Source of the DNA: Lepidodermella squamata
Lineage: Eukaryota > Animalia > Gastrotricha
Length of the DNA stretch: 64,000 nt
Assembly: GCA_047495785.1 (NCBI GenBank)
Contig: JBLDXI010000001.1
Span: 2,356,001 to 2,420,000, forward strand
Direction: 5' to 3'
The first letter of the stretch is position 1, and each line of letters opens with the position of its first letter. Position numbers and translations under genes: made by a program. This document shows positions 25,739-39,476 of the stretch, piece by piece. A model generated the notes under the pieces. The model had not been told where the DNA came from. It was given only the letters and a program-made list of their open reading frames with translations, and did no database searches.

Positions 25739-28700
25739 TTAAGGTGGGCAAAGTGCAGAAAATGACGCGGTGCAGCCTTCGCCAGTTGCGCCCTTACTCG
25801 TCAGCAATTTAACGATATCAGACTTGCCATCATGAGCCGCGTACATCATGGCAGTCCAGTTATCCTGATTGCGCCGGTTAAGCTCCGCCCCTCCAGCAAT
25901 CAACCGCTCAACCACGCCAATACTACTGTAACGAGCCGCGTACATTAAAGCGGTCCAGCCAGACTGGTCAAATTCGCCCGGATCAGCGCCTTGATCCAGT
26001 AAGTAGTCGATAATTTCCAATTTATCATTCCTCGCCGCTTCAAGTAAAGCAGTCTCGCCGAATTTATCCGTCATATTTAGAACAGCCCCGTTTTCAACCA
26101 GGTATTTGACAATATCCAAGTGGCCATTCGCCGATGCGAAAAGAAGAGGAGTTTGGCTGTAGAGGCTTTCAATGGCGTTGATTTCAGCGCCTTTATCAAT
26201 AAGGATCTTGACGACCTCAAAACGGGCCTCGGGCGTTCCCGTGCATTGAGTCACCCTGTGTAGCAGCGTCCCATTTTCATTCGAATACCGGCAGGTATGG
26301 CGAGACTGGTCGCGCCAGTTCGGGTCGAAATGTCCGCCCGTTTCTAGGTCGATTTGACTGATCAAGTTTTTAACAACGTCGATTTTTACGAAATTCCCAC
26401 AGGCTACGCTGAGTTCTTGGTATAGTTGCAGGGTGGCTGGTAGCATTTCGCAGTAGCCAAGGTCCGGGATCCATCTGCCATTTGCGTGGCATTTAGCTTG
26501 AAGACTACCGACTCCCTGGAATCCGCGGGTACACATTAGGGTGACAAAAGAGCCAGCAATCACCCGTTCACCCTGGGTGACATCTCTGACGTAGGTTTCG
26601 TCACGAACTGAATGGAAGCCTCTATCTACAACGCAGGGTGCTAATAAAAATGATAATTAAATTTTAATTTTAATGAAATGAATTTTAATTACCCAATTCG
26701 CAAGCCTGGGGCTTTGTCCATGTCCCATTGTTCAAACACCTTATGCTGTTATCGTTAACCGATAGATATCCGTCCAAGCAGACAACTTCCCGTTCCGTTC
26801 CACTTGCGTTGCTTCCACGCTTGATATAACCATTTTCAACTGCTGGCAAGATTCCACACTCGATTTTGGCGCATGGAGCTGGTTCGGACCAGGTTCGAGT
26901 TGGTAGGCAGGTGATGGATTCAGTTGTCGTTCGATAGCCGGCGTAACATTCGACACGCCTGACTGCTCCGAAATTGAACGAACTTCCAGGCTCAATCCAT
27001 CCATTTTCAATTATTGGAACCTCGCCGCAAGCTAAACAAATTTTAAACCAAATTTGATTAAGGTGGATTTTCGAACCTTTGCCAAGTGTGGACCCTAAAT
27101 TTAGGGTTCCGGATCTAACTTTGAGGCTCCATAACTAATTTCCCCAAATGTAATTTAGTGCTGTAACCTCAATTCTGGTTTAAATTATTGAACCTTTTTA
27201 ATTTATACCTTGACAAGATCCAGAAACTTCCCAAGTTCCAGAATGTAAGCAAATAACAGTTGCAGATCCAATTAGTGAATAGCCATCATCGCAGACAATT
27301 AAGCCAACAGTTTCGACCCGGCCAAGGATGATGACGCCATTTACAATTTTCGGAGGAACTTCGCATTGACCTCGGCATTTTCCAGGTTCGCTCCAACTTC
27401 CATTTGGCTGGCAGAGAATCGAATCTGAGCCGATCAGTTCGAAACCAGGTTCACAGCTAACCATCCTGACCGATCCAGCTTTACTAGTTCCATCGGATAT
27501 GGTCCCATTCGTAATCTCAGGCAAATTGATACAATCTGGGAAAAAAATCGAGCGAAATTGAAGGAAAACGTTAAATTATCTGTTTACCTGGCAAACATTG
27601 CCCCGATAATTGCCAATAGCCGTCTGACATGCAATGAACCTCGCCAGTTCCAGTTAACGAAAAGCCACTTAGGCACTCAACTAATCCAACAGATCCTATT
27701 GTCTTCTGAACGATAGTAACTCGACCGTTCTCAATTGTAGGCGGATCGTCGCAAGCTGTGAGGAAATAATTGAAATTAATTAATTCCTATAAAATTTGAA
27801 ATTTACCTGGTAAGCAGAACCCGGATACAACCCATTTGCCAGAATTTGAGCAGATAACTTTACCGGATCCGAGTAATGAGTAGCCATTTTCACAAGATAG
27901 CTGGCTGGTGGTACCAACGCAGCGTGAAGTGACGTTAAAGCCTCCTCCGGGAATTATCGGCAACTCGATTGGACAAGCGACGGCTGAAAGAAGATTTAAA
28001 AATAATTAAAAAAATAATTAATAGATTAAATTAATTTTGTTAATTTTGTTAATTTATTCATGCCTTTGCTTTCTGCAGTAAGATAAGTTCCAATCGTGTT
28101 GTCGCACTCATCGACCTGAATCGGCGAGCATAGGCCACTTTGTACCATCAAATTGACCAAATAAACGCGTCGTCTCATCGCAGCTCGATGAAGCGGGGTC
28201 AGCCCGTCCTTGTCCAGCATTGAACAATTTGCTTGATATTTCTCCAACAAAAGGGCCACCAAACTCGCCGAACCCGTTTCTACGGCTAGAGATAACGGCG
28301 ATAGGCCATCGAAATCCAACTGAGAAAGAGTCTGCGATAATTCGCCGCTATATTTGCCGAATTTTGATAAAATCAAATCGACAACGCCATGCGTTGATTC
28401 GTCCATGCCAATAGCGATATGTAAAGCGCTGTAGCCGTACGAGTCACCCTGAGACGCGGCGCTTGGGTCAGCCGAGGCAACTAGGTCAATGACGGTCATA
28501 TCGCGGGAAATTACGGCTAAGTGCAAGGCGTTTTGACCTTCGCGATTGGGTAACGCGACATTGCAGTGACGGGCGAGAAATCGGATCATTTCCAACGAAG
28601 CATTGTGACGAATTGCCAGGGATAACGCCGAGTCCCCAGTGCTTGGATGAGTTTCATTCAGCGATCTACCCTAAAACATATATAATTTTGATTTTTTAAT

Positions 28701-30421
28701 TTTTAATAATAATTAATTAAATTTAATAACTAATTTTATTAATTTAATTATTTTTAATTTTAAAATTTGAAGAAGAATTTACTGCGTTTTTTCAATTTTA
28801 CCTGTTTATCGGCCTTTATCAGTGCTTTGGTCATATTGAAATTTCGTTTCTCAATCGAATATAGCAAAGCTGTTAGACCGTCTTTATCTCGTTGGGTTAG
28901 GTAGAGCCATTTCGAAAATTGCCGAATAAATTCGACATAATTCGTCCGAACAGCTAAATGCGCCAATCCGAGACCTTTTTCATTCGCCAGTTCAGTATCG
29001 GCCTTTTCAACTTCAATCAAATGCCGAACTAAATCGATTGATTTGCGGCGGGAAATTGCCAGCATCAACGGGGTCATCAACCCATCCTCGCCATCTGTCG
29101 AATTCCCAGCAACTGAAAACGACCTTACATCAATGCCGTCTTGAAATTGAAATTTTATATCAGCAGCGAGAAAATGCAGCATTTTCACGTCATTAGCTAA
29201 ATGAAGAGCGGTATAGCCGTGGATATCTCGAGCTAGTCGATTAGCAGTGAACTCTCGAAACATAAAATCAGCCGAAGAAACCGAGCCTGAAATAACGGCC
29301 CTTAAGAACGGAGTAATCCCCTGGCTATCGCGCGATTCGACAAGATTTCGATCTTTCCTTATCAACCAATGCGCGATTCGTTTCGCCGACATTGAAAATT
29401 CGAACAAAACGCGTAATGACGATGAATCGAGCGAAAATACGTCATCAACTGTATCATTCATCGAAACCAGGGCGTGTAGGGCTGTTTCGTTATTCGAATC
29501 CAAAATCGAGACATTCACGCCAAATTTAATCAAATTTTCCGCAATTTTTTCGTGCCGAAATTTCGCAGCTAAATGAAGCGGTGTCCCTCGCTTATCAGAC
29601 TCGTTGTTGTACAAACAAATCGGGTCCTCGAAAATTGACGGGTCAACCTTCTTCTCGAAAATTTTCACTAGAAATTCGGCGCTGTTATTCCGGATAGCGT
29701 AGCAAATCGGCGTCTCGTTATTCGCGTCGTAAGTCGTGAAATTGAAAAGTGTCCAGAATGAGTCTAAAAACTGGGTCATCCCCGATTCTGCCACTAAATG
29801 CGATACCGTTTTATTAGCCTCGCAGCAACGGGATTCGATCAGTTCGTAATGATCATCGCTTCGACTCAGCAAAAATTTGACGAGATCGAAATTGCGGTGG
29901 ATGATCGCCTCGTGAATCGGCAGTCGATTTGCCGATTTCTCGCGATGACTCATCAAAGCGCCGAATTCGTCAACTAACAGCGATGCGATTTGCCGCGTTT
30001 TGCCACTCGGAGCTTTTGCCAGGTAGAAAAGCGGCGTTTTGCGAGCGTTATTCAACGCATTAGCCAACTCGGGATTTTCAGTTAAACTCGATTTAACGAT
30101 ATCAAAATTCCCGGATTGACACGCTAGGTGGATAGGTAACTCCCCGAGAAAGTTGAACGTTTTTACCGATCCGCCGTTTAATTTGAGAAATTTGAACGAT
30201 TCACTGGCGTTGAAAAGTGCCGCGATATGTAGCGGGGTGTTTCCGGTTTGATTATCGCGAATTTCCCGCGCTGAACTGTTGAAAAATTCTGATAGTACGC
30301 GAGTAATAATGTCAACGTCGTCATGCTTGATCGCCTCGAATAGCGAATCCCTTCCCAAGGATTCTAGATCAAAACTTCGAACTGAGGATATGATAATAGC
30401 AATCAAACTAAGAATTTTCAT
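25739..30421 (-). CDS. Secreted ankyrin-repeat / Sushi (CCP) mosaic protein: SP - ANK array - 7x Sushi - ANK array
   Basis: Signal MKILSLIAIIISSVRS. ANK exons 30421-28802 and 28670-28064. Phase-1 Sushi exons 27983-27807 (1 domain), 27755-~27588 (1), ~27535-27208 (2), ~27032-26691 (2) and ~26641-25739 (1 Sushi plus ~6 ANK). Each Sushi matches C-(x)-P-x-I-x-NG...C..G(F/Y)....C...G.W....C. No TM segment seen. Confidence 0.8.
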
Positions 30422-31372
30422 GCTTTTATCAAATAAATTCAGAATTTAGTCTTTAATACCGATTTCACCACCTGTTTCAACTTGTTTTTCATGATTTTTC
30501 ACGATTTTTCAGTGTCAATAAAAATATTATTTTTTTCGATGAAAATACCTGTTATTGACGCCAATAATTCGTCTATTTTTGAGTTGTTTGTTCTCAAAAG
30601 CTATTATGTTATTTTCTACTCATACAATAACGCCTAAGGAGCGTAATGGAATAATTTTTTGCGGCTGCCTATTCAATGCGCGCGCATAATCGATTTTTTA
30701 TTGTTGTTTTCGCGTATAAAATAAGAACGCGCTCAAATAATGGTGCATTATTTTGCCAGATATGCGTATTCCACCTTAATCCAAGTGTATATTTTTCTAT
30801 ATTAAGCAGCCAAATGCACCTACTGCAACGAGCTTTCGTCAAACTTCACCTCATATTCGTCCCAAGAAGGTAATTATCGTTTGGATCTATCAATATGAAA
30901 TATTTTATAACTAAAATTGAACTCGAGATTCACAAATTTGTCGCAAGTTCGTAATTTTTTCAACCTTTGTTGATGCCGAAATATCACGTGCGTCCCGAAA
31001 AGCGGCGTTCGTTAAAAGTACGATGTAGCTAGCACACACTCGGCCATCGGGACAATAAAATAATAATAATAAAGCATCCACCTTAATAGCGCGACTGCGC
31101 GACGCATCTTTTCGCAGCGCGCACAAAAGGCGGCTATATACGACGTATCTTTTAGCGCGCGCACACGGATGAATGAAAAACATTAGCAACAAATTCCTAT
31201 TGACGATGCTGCTAACAATGATGCTTTGACGAACTTGCTCTCAGTACAACAGCCTACAGCAAAATAAAATTTGAAGCAGAAAATATTTGCTGCTTAAGTT
31301 GAGGTCCGTTGAATGTTTGTCAAGACGGCAGATTATTTCGTGAAATCTAGGCGTTTATTTGCTTAGCGCAAA

Positions 31373-34300
31373 ATGCATCTGCTAAGCTATCGCCGGGTTT
31401 TACTGCAAGCGCGGCATTTTTTCGGTTTACGTTATCTCAAAAAATTGGCTATATTAACGCTAACTTCAACCAGGCGCTGCCTTTTCGACACTATTTACTG
31501 CCGAACGACTCGGAGACAAAAGTTTCTTATCTTCTTCCTATTGGTTAGTGATTTCGAGATTTTTTGAAATTTTTCGAATTTTTCGAATTTTAGATTGTCC
31601 TTCTAATATGGTACGATCAACCTGAAGATGAAGATGGAAATTTTTACAAGCCCGTGGCAGGTATAAAAATAAAAAAATAAAAACTATTTTTTATAGATAA
31701 ACATTTTATTTTTCATTATTTTTAATATTTTTATATTTTTTATAGAATCCACAATTTGCCACTCGGCAAAATGTATCGTCGAAGCGAGTCAAGCTTCGCT
31801 GAACTTGAAAATCGATCCATGTTCAGATTTTTACGAATTTTCTTGCGGGCAATTCCGCGGCCGAGTCGAGCACGTGACTGACGTTGTCGGGATTTCAAAA
31901 CATCGAATTCGCCACATTTTAGAGCAAAATTCCACCGATTTTCAATCCGATTCGATTGAAAAAGCACGAATCTATTACAACTCATGCATGACCGCTGACA
32001 TCAACCGAGTTGGTGCAATCGAAATTTTGAGGATAGTTACCAATCTCGGCGGTTTTGCCGTGGCTAGTAACAGCTATTTACCTGGTTATTCTGCCTTCGA
32101 GAAAAATTTGCTGCTATTTTGGTCGAATTATTCTTCGAATGCGTTCTTCAAATTTCAAATCGGCCGGGATGAGTTGAACCCGACAACCAATGTCGTTCAA
32201 CTGGTACCACCCGACCTCGGCCTGGGACCTGGAACTCAAAATATTTACCTGACGAATAATTCAATAATTCACGACCGAATTTTAACGGCTTACGCGTGGA
32301 AATTGGAGCAATTCTCGCAATTTGTCATGCTAATTCCTAACGATGGGTCGATTCAAGCGGGTAGGACTAACGCAAAGGCGCCGATGACCAGGCGCGATAT
32401 AATCGATGTCATTGATTTCGAGCGAAAACTCGCCGAATTCATGCCGAAGCAAATCTATAAAACAGTTGTAAATAACACGTGGTTCGAAAAGAAAATCGAG
32501 GGTATGACCAACATAAAATGGCGGTCGCTATTCGAAAAGCTATTCATCGATTTAACTCGCCAAGCTTTAAAGCCTCAGACCGAAATTTATTACCTCCACG
32601 TGTATTCCGAGTCTTTCTTCAACAATTTGTTTACGCTGATGAGTGAAATGGTGCGGACGGATCGCGGCCGGCGAGCTTTGCATAATTATTTAGTCTTCCA
32701 GGCGTTGAACGCCCATGCGGCTAAATTTAATCATTTCTTCCTTAACGCCGAGGTCGAGTTGCAGAAACACGTTTTTGGCAAGACTGTTGTGCATCCACGA
32801 TGGCGCCGATGTATCGAAGAAACTGAGACAGCCTTTGGACTAGCCATCGGATCGGCATATATTGCAAAATACATCCCATCCGAGGCTAAAGCTGAGGTGA
32901 AATCTTTTTAATTACGATTTAATTTAATTTAATTTTTTAATTATGATTCATTTCCAGGCACGAAAAATTATCGATGCTGTAAAAACCGCCTACAAGGCCA
33001 AAATTAAAGCGGTCGATTGGATAGATGATGAAACGAAGCGAGGCGTGATAGAAAAGCTCGATTTGCTGGCGATTTCTATCGGTTTCAGCGATAAAATGTT
33101 GGAAAAGCCGGCTGTTGAAGCTTATTATAAAGATCTGCAAATGTACCGTGGCAATTATTTCGCTAATCGAATTTCCATTCATTATTTTACGACTCAACAA
33201 AACCTTTTCGTAAGTCAACATTTCTATTACTTCGGCAACTAGTAGGAAATTCAACCGATTTTATTAAATTCAATCTACCGAGAGAATATTACATCTTTTA
33301 TCCGCGATTTCACCGAAGAAATAACAAATTTACAGGAGAAAACTCGGGAAACCCCGATGGTAACTGGTTCGGTAATTTTCGGTATTTTTACCCGGTTGGA
33401 CCAAATTTCTCCGGACTTTCTTATGCCCATTAATAGGTGATATGCTTGATTACTATTTTCGTGATTTTTTGTAATTATCTAAAAAACCTCTGGCCATTAG
33501 ATGTGACTTCGTCTCTCATTTTAGAGTTCCTAAATCTTTTTCCGTGAGTTTTCTTTGCTTGCGTTACCTATGGGACACATTATGATTTTTCGAGTTTTAC
33601 CTTGGTATCTCAGTTTTGAAGTTGAAGCCTAAACAACAAATCTCACTGTAAAAACGCGTATTTTGCGCTATCAGCGGTCAGTTACACTTTGCTGAACCGA
33701 TATCGATTTCCGGTATCGATTTTACAGATAAGTGATTTTTTCGATATCGGTAGTCGAAGAGGCAGCATTAAAGGGATTTACGTAAATGAGGGTAACAGTT
33801 AGCTCTAATAATGAAAAATCCAAATCCCATGGTTATATTAAGGTGCATAATGAAAGGAAAAAGTCAAAATCTCAAAAAATTCGCGAAAAATTAAGCGCTC
33901 TTTATTTAAAAAATTCAATTTTAGCTAAAAATAACCGAGATTTTGAAAATTTTACATCGACCTAAAATTATATTTTGTTATAATACTTTTTTGCAGTTAT
34001 TAAATACGGCTCCGGTCCCGCCAATTCGACCTCTCTTGTCTCCCCTGGCCAATAACGCCTACTACGAACCCATAGAAAACCACCTCGCAATTTTAGCCGG
34101 CCTCCTCGCTCCTCCCACATTCTTCCACTCGTCAAGCCATGTACCAATCGCAATGAACTACGGCGCTTTAGGCTCGCTAGCTGGCCACGAGATGACGCAT
34201 GCGTTCGACTCACGAGGCGGCGGCTTCGACAGCACAGGCCATTTACGGCCATGGTGGAGAAACGAAACAAAGGCGCGGTTTCAACATCGCGGTAAATGCT

Positions 34301-34707
34301 TCGTCAAGCAATACAACCGCTATTTAGCCTTTGGTAGCAACGTCAATGGCCAGAGAACGCTGGACGAAAATCTCGCGGATAACGCCGGGCTTCAAATCGC
34401 CTACGACGCCTGGAAATCAGTGAATGAGCCGATGAAAATCGACGATAGCCACTGGAGTTATTACGTCGAGTCGACGGCCGAAAATTTCCTTTTAAATTCT
34501 GAGCGGTTATTTTTTATAGCCTACGCCCAGCAGTGGTGCGCCTATGAGACGCCGGAGACAATCAAGTACCAACTGCTGAAGAGTGAACACGCGCCGTATC
34601 GGTTCCGCGTCAATGGCGCTGTGTCAAATATGCCGGCTTTCAGTGAGGCGTTTCGATGTCCGAAAAATTCGCCGATGAGTGCGAGAACGAAATGCTCAAT
34701 TTGGTGA
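31373..34707 (+). CDS. Neprilysin-like metallopeptidase (M13), paralog 2
   Basis: Approximate exons 31373-31543, 31593-31660, 31746-32896, 32959-33209 and 33997-34707. TM FLIFFLLIVLLIW, ICHSAKC..DPCSDFYEFSCG, NNAYY, HEMTH, ENLAD, HAP..RV and terminal CSIW. Confidence 0.9.
33320..33570 (+). repeat. Dispersed repeat family B (copies at ~33320-33570 +, ~36596-36825 +, ~55505-55677 -, ~58553-58720 +)
   Basis: Shared core aaaccc(g)atggtaac(t/a)gg..cggt..ttt..ccggtt, with extended similarity such as ttgattactatt.tcgt and tctcattttagag. Non-coding and probably a non-autonomous TE. Confidence 0.7.
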
Positions 34708-36274
34708 TTCAGCTATACGTTGCTTTCTATATACATTCAAATTGATGTACGAAAAAATGGCGAAAAGTAAATAATTGTTTGCGATAAAATTAGTTTCTCG
34801 GACATTTTTTATTCAAATACCTTAGACTTAATTTTGGTTAATTTTTGACGAAACGCTGTTTTTGAAACTAAAAATCAGTCTTAATTCAGAAATCGATGAT
34901 TTTTGGTACAAAAGTGTGTAAGGTGAGACCCGATTTATCGGTACAATTTGAGCAGACTGAGAGAGCAGCGCTCCTAGGATACCCATACCGCCCAAAAGAA
35001 TTATTTGTGGGGGTACCAAATCGAAGTTTGAGTTGCCTTGCGTATAATATTCTTAAAATTCGTGTATCGCTCCAATCACCTTGGGACTTCCAATGTCATT
35101 CGAAAGCTCATATAAGACGGGGGATTTTATGCTACAAACAATCGGTTCGCAAAGTGTGGCACACCCGTGCGCGTTGGCGCATTTCGAAAGATCGGATTCG
35201 CACGCATGCGCATTGGCGCACGCGAGGCCTATGAACTATCTCACTCTGGCCAGCTATTCCCCCACTTACATGGACGTAGTGGCTAGTGGTGAAGAATACT
35301 ATAGCCAGGAGTGGCGCACGCGGCCGGTCCTAATCGTCGGTAACCTTACGGGTTTTGAAGAAGACGAAAACCCAAAGATTTGTCACCCGCTCCACCGAGG
35401 AGAATATCTTAAAAAATGTCATGCCATTCATCTCGCTCAAAAACAATTGTTGTTAGTCTTTGTCCGATAAACCCTTTTTTTAGTGCAACATTGTCTGTGC
35501 ATTACCTATTTTTACATAGAGGACAAACTATTTCACCCGACATATTTCGTCCGGCAATTCAAAATATAGCGTATAACCCGACATTTTAATTAGTCGAGAA
35601 TCTAATTTTCCTAATCAGGGGCGTCTCGCCATAAGTCAGAGGGACGTTTACACGCCGGTTCAATTTGATTAGCGCAGCTCGAAACCCGATTCCCTATAGG
35701 TAAGTAGTGTCTGGAAAATCCGCCAAAAACAGCTATTTCGAACCGAATTTCATGTTAAGGTTATGAATTATACCGATCTAAACGACTTATAAGAAATAGG
35801 TCATGTCCACATATGTCCCCAAAATGTTCCATCAAATTCAGATTGATAAATGATAAAATTAACTGCCGGATGGCAAAATAAATATTTCTGGTTGTCTGTT
35901 AGCGGTCTCGCCTGGTAGGAGACGTTGGATGGATCAAGTCACACCCTATTAATAGCAAATCAACAACAGATCAATTATATAATTAACATGTCGACTGCGT
36001 AATTTGAAATAAACATGTCTTGGCTATACGATTAGTACCGTGAAGGCGCTTACGGACAAAGCCATGGTTTCCTACTCTATAAAATCAAAGCAACAAATTT
36101 AAAAAATTCGATGGCTGCGCAATATTTGAAAATTGTCGCAAATTACGCATTTGTATATGAAAAATGATATGTTAATGTTTGGTAATTTCTAGTTATGTCT
36201 TTCAATAATCGAAATTCAATGGTTTCTTATTGTTTAAATTTTTTCTCTCAAACGCATCTACCTAGTTCTATCAA

Positions 36275-36400
36275 TACCGTATTTGTTCCTATAGCAGCCC
36301 GGGCTACTAAAATTTTAACCTCAAAATTTTGAAAATTCTGAAAATTTATTTTTTGTGAATCGTTAATTTTTGATGGGCTACTATTGGAACAAATACGGTA
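36275..36400 (+). mobile_element. Tc1/mariner(pogo)-type MITE, family C copy 2 (126 bp)
   Basis: 26-bp TIRs taccgtatttgttcctatagcagccc / gggctactattggaacaaatacggta with 2 mismatches, TA at both ends. Confidence 0.85.
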
Positions 36401-37838
36401 CATGCCACAAAAATAGCTTAAACATAACCTGAGCCCTATTAGACCAGATTGCATTTGAATTTAGTGCCTCAGAAGTTACACAACTATTTATTAATTTGGA
36501 AATTTTTTAAAAAAGGAAGTTCAGCTAACTTTATTGAAGAGAATATGACTTTTATTCGCGCTTCACCCGAAGAAAATCTTCCCTCAGAAAAAATGAAAAA
36601 AATACCCATGGTAACTGGTTCGGTGATTTTCGGTATTTCTCCGGGTTTAACCGTATTTCTACTGATTATTTTATCCTATTATAGCAAGGGACATACTTGA
36701 TTACTATTCTCGTAATTTGTTTGAGTTTTCCTAAAAAAAATTCTGGCGATGTTGGGCGACTATTAGGTTTCTCATTTTAGAGCTTCTGAAACCTTTTCGG
36801 TGTTTCATCTATGCTTGCGTTTATTTTTTGAGCGGCGCTGTAAAAAGTTTCAAAGCAATATGGATCAAATAAGACGTGTGAAGCTAATTAGATGAGTAGG
36901 TAATTGAACGGTAAAATAAAAGTCGCTTAGCCCGCCCTAAAAGAATAGGCACGCGGGAATAATTTGTCACGATTTTATTTGGGGACAACTTTTTTCCTGT
37001 TTATAATGAAACTAGAAGATGGGTATCTGCACGCCTTCCTATTTTGGAGCGCCATGAATATATGTGTATTGTCCCACATAACCACGCTAAATTCACGTAT
37101 GAATCACCCATACAAGTCAAAAACAGTTGTTTATTTAGCTTGCCCCTTGTATAGTTGTTGAAATTTTGTCTAAATGGGCGCCGTGTTTTCCTTATACTGA
37201 AGCGCCTCTTTTCCGGCTTAACTACTCGTGTCGGAATTTTTGCAGCTCGAAATTTTTATTACCCAGCGACGTTTAGCTTTCTCACGCGCTCGATAGCCGC
37301 GCGCACGGCCAAGAATGCAATCTATAGCGATTAGGCGTGATTCTAGCCGGCTAAGGACAGGTGCGAGGGCGCCTCGAGAGGCCCTCAACATACAGCTGTT
37401 GCCGGCCGCTCCCACGCGCGCGATGCGAAATCTCAACGGGAGTCGCGATTAGGTTGCCTCGTCGCTCGGCCTCGTCCCTTGTTCCTGGTAATCCGCCCCA
37501 TCGAGTGACTGACATCGCCAGCGAGGCGTGTGAAGTCGATGGAGACGGCCAGTTCCTGCCTCGAGCGCCCTCGAACGCCCCGCAGCTGACGCGCGTCTTT
37601 GTCTTGGCCTCGGCGCATATATAATTGGCCCCCGCGAGGCGCAGTAGGAGCACCAGTGCCTAGTCGCGGCTAATTTTTTCCATTCAACCTCGCTTAACCA
37701 ACACCCCCGCAAGGTGAACAAATTCGTTACAGCCAGCGGTTGCAAAAACAAAATCACCCCTAACTATCAATTAATTTGCATCTAATATTCATTCATCTCA
37801 ATCAAATTTAGTGAATATACACTGATTTTTATCGAAAA

Positions 37839-39476
37839 ATGTGGCGAGTTTTGACTACTTTCGGCCCGAAAGCTGAGCGTAACACCAAACCACTTCTGGA
37901 TCAATCGGTCGATCTAAGTGTGATTGAGCCGAAAATCGAACCGAGGCCTGAGTTTGGCGAAATTTGGCCGCGCACCTCAACCCTTCGATCTCAACGTCCA
38001 GCCTCTTCTTCCTCGTCTAACGATCGATCCATACCTTCTCCGCTCCCTCAGGTATTTATTTAAATTTTTCAATATTTAAATTTTAAAATTTCAATATTTT
38101 GTTGAATTTTGAATTCCATTTTCATTTTTCAATATCAATTTTCTGATTTTATCTTTTAGAATCCCGGCAACAATGACGACTACAAGCTCGTCCGTATGCT
38201 TGGCAGCGGTGGCTTTGGCGAGGCTTACTACGCCCGTCGGAAATCGGCCGCCACCTCGAAATCGACCGGCGTTGTCCTGAAACGAATGCGCACGTCCGAT
38301 AAGCACCAAGCGAAACGCCTCATGTGGGCACGTCGCGAGGCCGGCATTATGTCGGCTCTTTTTCACCCGCACGTCGTTCGGTTTTATCACGCCTTCGAAG
38401 AAGCCGCAACTGTTGTCATCGAAATGGAGTACTGCGACGGCGGCGATTTGCGCGCGTTCATTCGCTCTCGCAATGGTTCTTTTATTGCTGAGCGTCAAAT
38501 TCGCCACTGGTTTCATCAACTCACCCAAGCGGTTGCTTACATTCACGACCTCGGCATTGTTCATCGAGACATCAAATCCAAGGTAAACTAGAAAAATGTT
38601 TTGAAAATTGTGAGAATAAATGTGAAAATTTTGAAATTGAAAATGAAAAATTAATTATGATTTATGGAAAGTTTAAGGTGGATTTTTTAATCTTAATTTT
38701 TTAATTTTTTAATTTATTTTTGTGTTAATTTTAATTTTATTAATCATATTTCTTCAATTTTTCAGAATGTTTTCCTTTGCGATAACAATCGATCTGTGAA
38801 GCTCGGCGATTTCGGTTCGGCCAAGTACCTTGTCGATCGGCGCACTAATGAACCCAGTCTCGCCCGCACACGCGTCGGCACCAGCACCCATCACCCACCA
38901 GAATTCTGCCGCCGCCTACGTCGCGAGTACGGCACCGAGGTCGACGCATGGGCCATGGGCGTTCTTCTCTTCGAAATGGCCACGCTACAAATGCCATTCC
39001 AGGCCACGTCTCAGGTCGATCTAAGCGCGAAAATTCGCAGCGGTCAACGCGATCACGAAATTGCACCATCGATCTACTCGAACTCGCTGCGTCGCCTCGT
39101 CGATGTTTTGATGTCTCAAGACCCGGAAGAACGGCCGACCATGAAGCAGGTGCTTGATGATCGTTATTTCGTGACCTATGCTCGTTTTGTGAGGCGAGTC
39201 AATCGTAAACGAGCCCGCGCGTCGTCCGAGGCCGCCGCTGCTCTACTACCCGTCGCGCTTCGCCGAAACGACCGCCATCCGTCTCGCATGAATGAAATCC
39301 GCCCGCAATCGACTGGTCATGAAATGCTATTGACTCTTCTCGCTACTTCATCGCAGCAACAACAGCTACTTCAGCAGCAGACAAGTGGCATCGCCTCGGC
39401 ATCGGGATCGACCGGTAATTTATCGCCGCCGCCAACACTTCACTGGCTGTCGACTCAGCCGTCGCATTGCGTTTAA
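37839..39476 (+). CDS. NIMA-related (NEK-like) Ser/Thr protein kinase
   Basis: Approximate exons 37839-38051, 38160-38582 and 38767-39476. Motifs LGSGGFG, VVLKRM, HPHVVRFY, MEYCDGGDL, HRDIKSK|NVFL, KLGDFG, DAWAMG and ERPT. Confidence 0.88.

Noticed and set aside
28760-30421. Latrotoxin identity for the large ankyrin protein
   Set aside because: No latrotoxin N-terminal pore-forming domain is apparent; ANK repeats begin right after the signal peptide.
37218-37757. Cluster of overlapping ORFs in a GC-rich patch
   Set aside because: No homology or splice structure; more likely promoter or TE-derived sequence upstream of the kinase.
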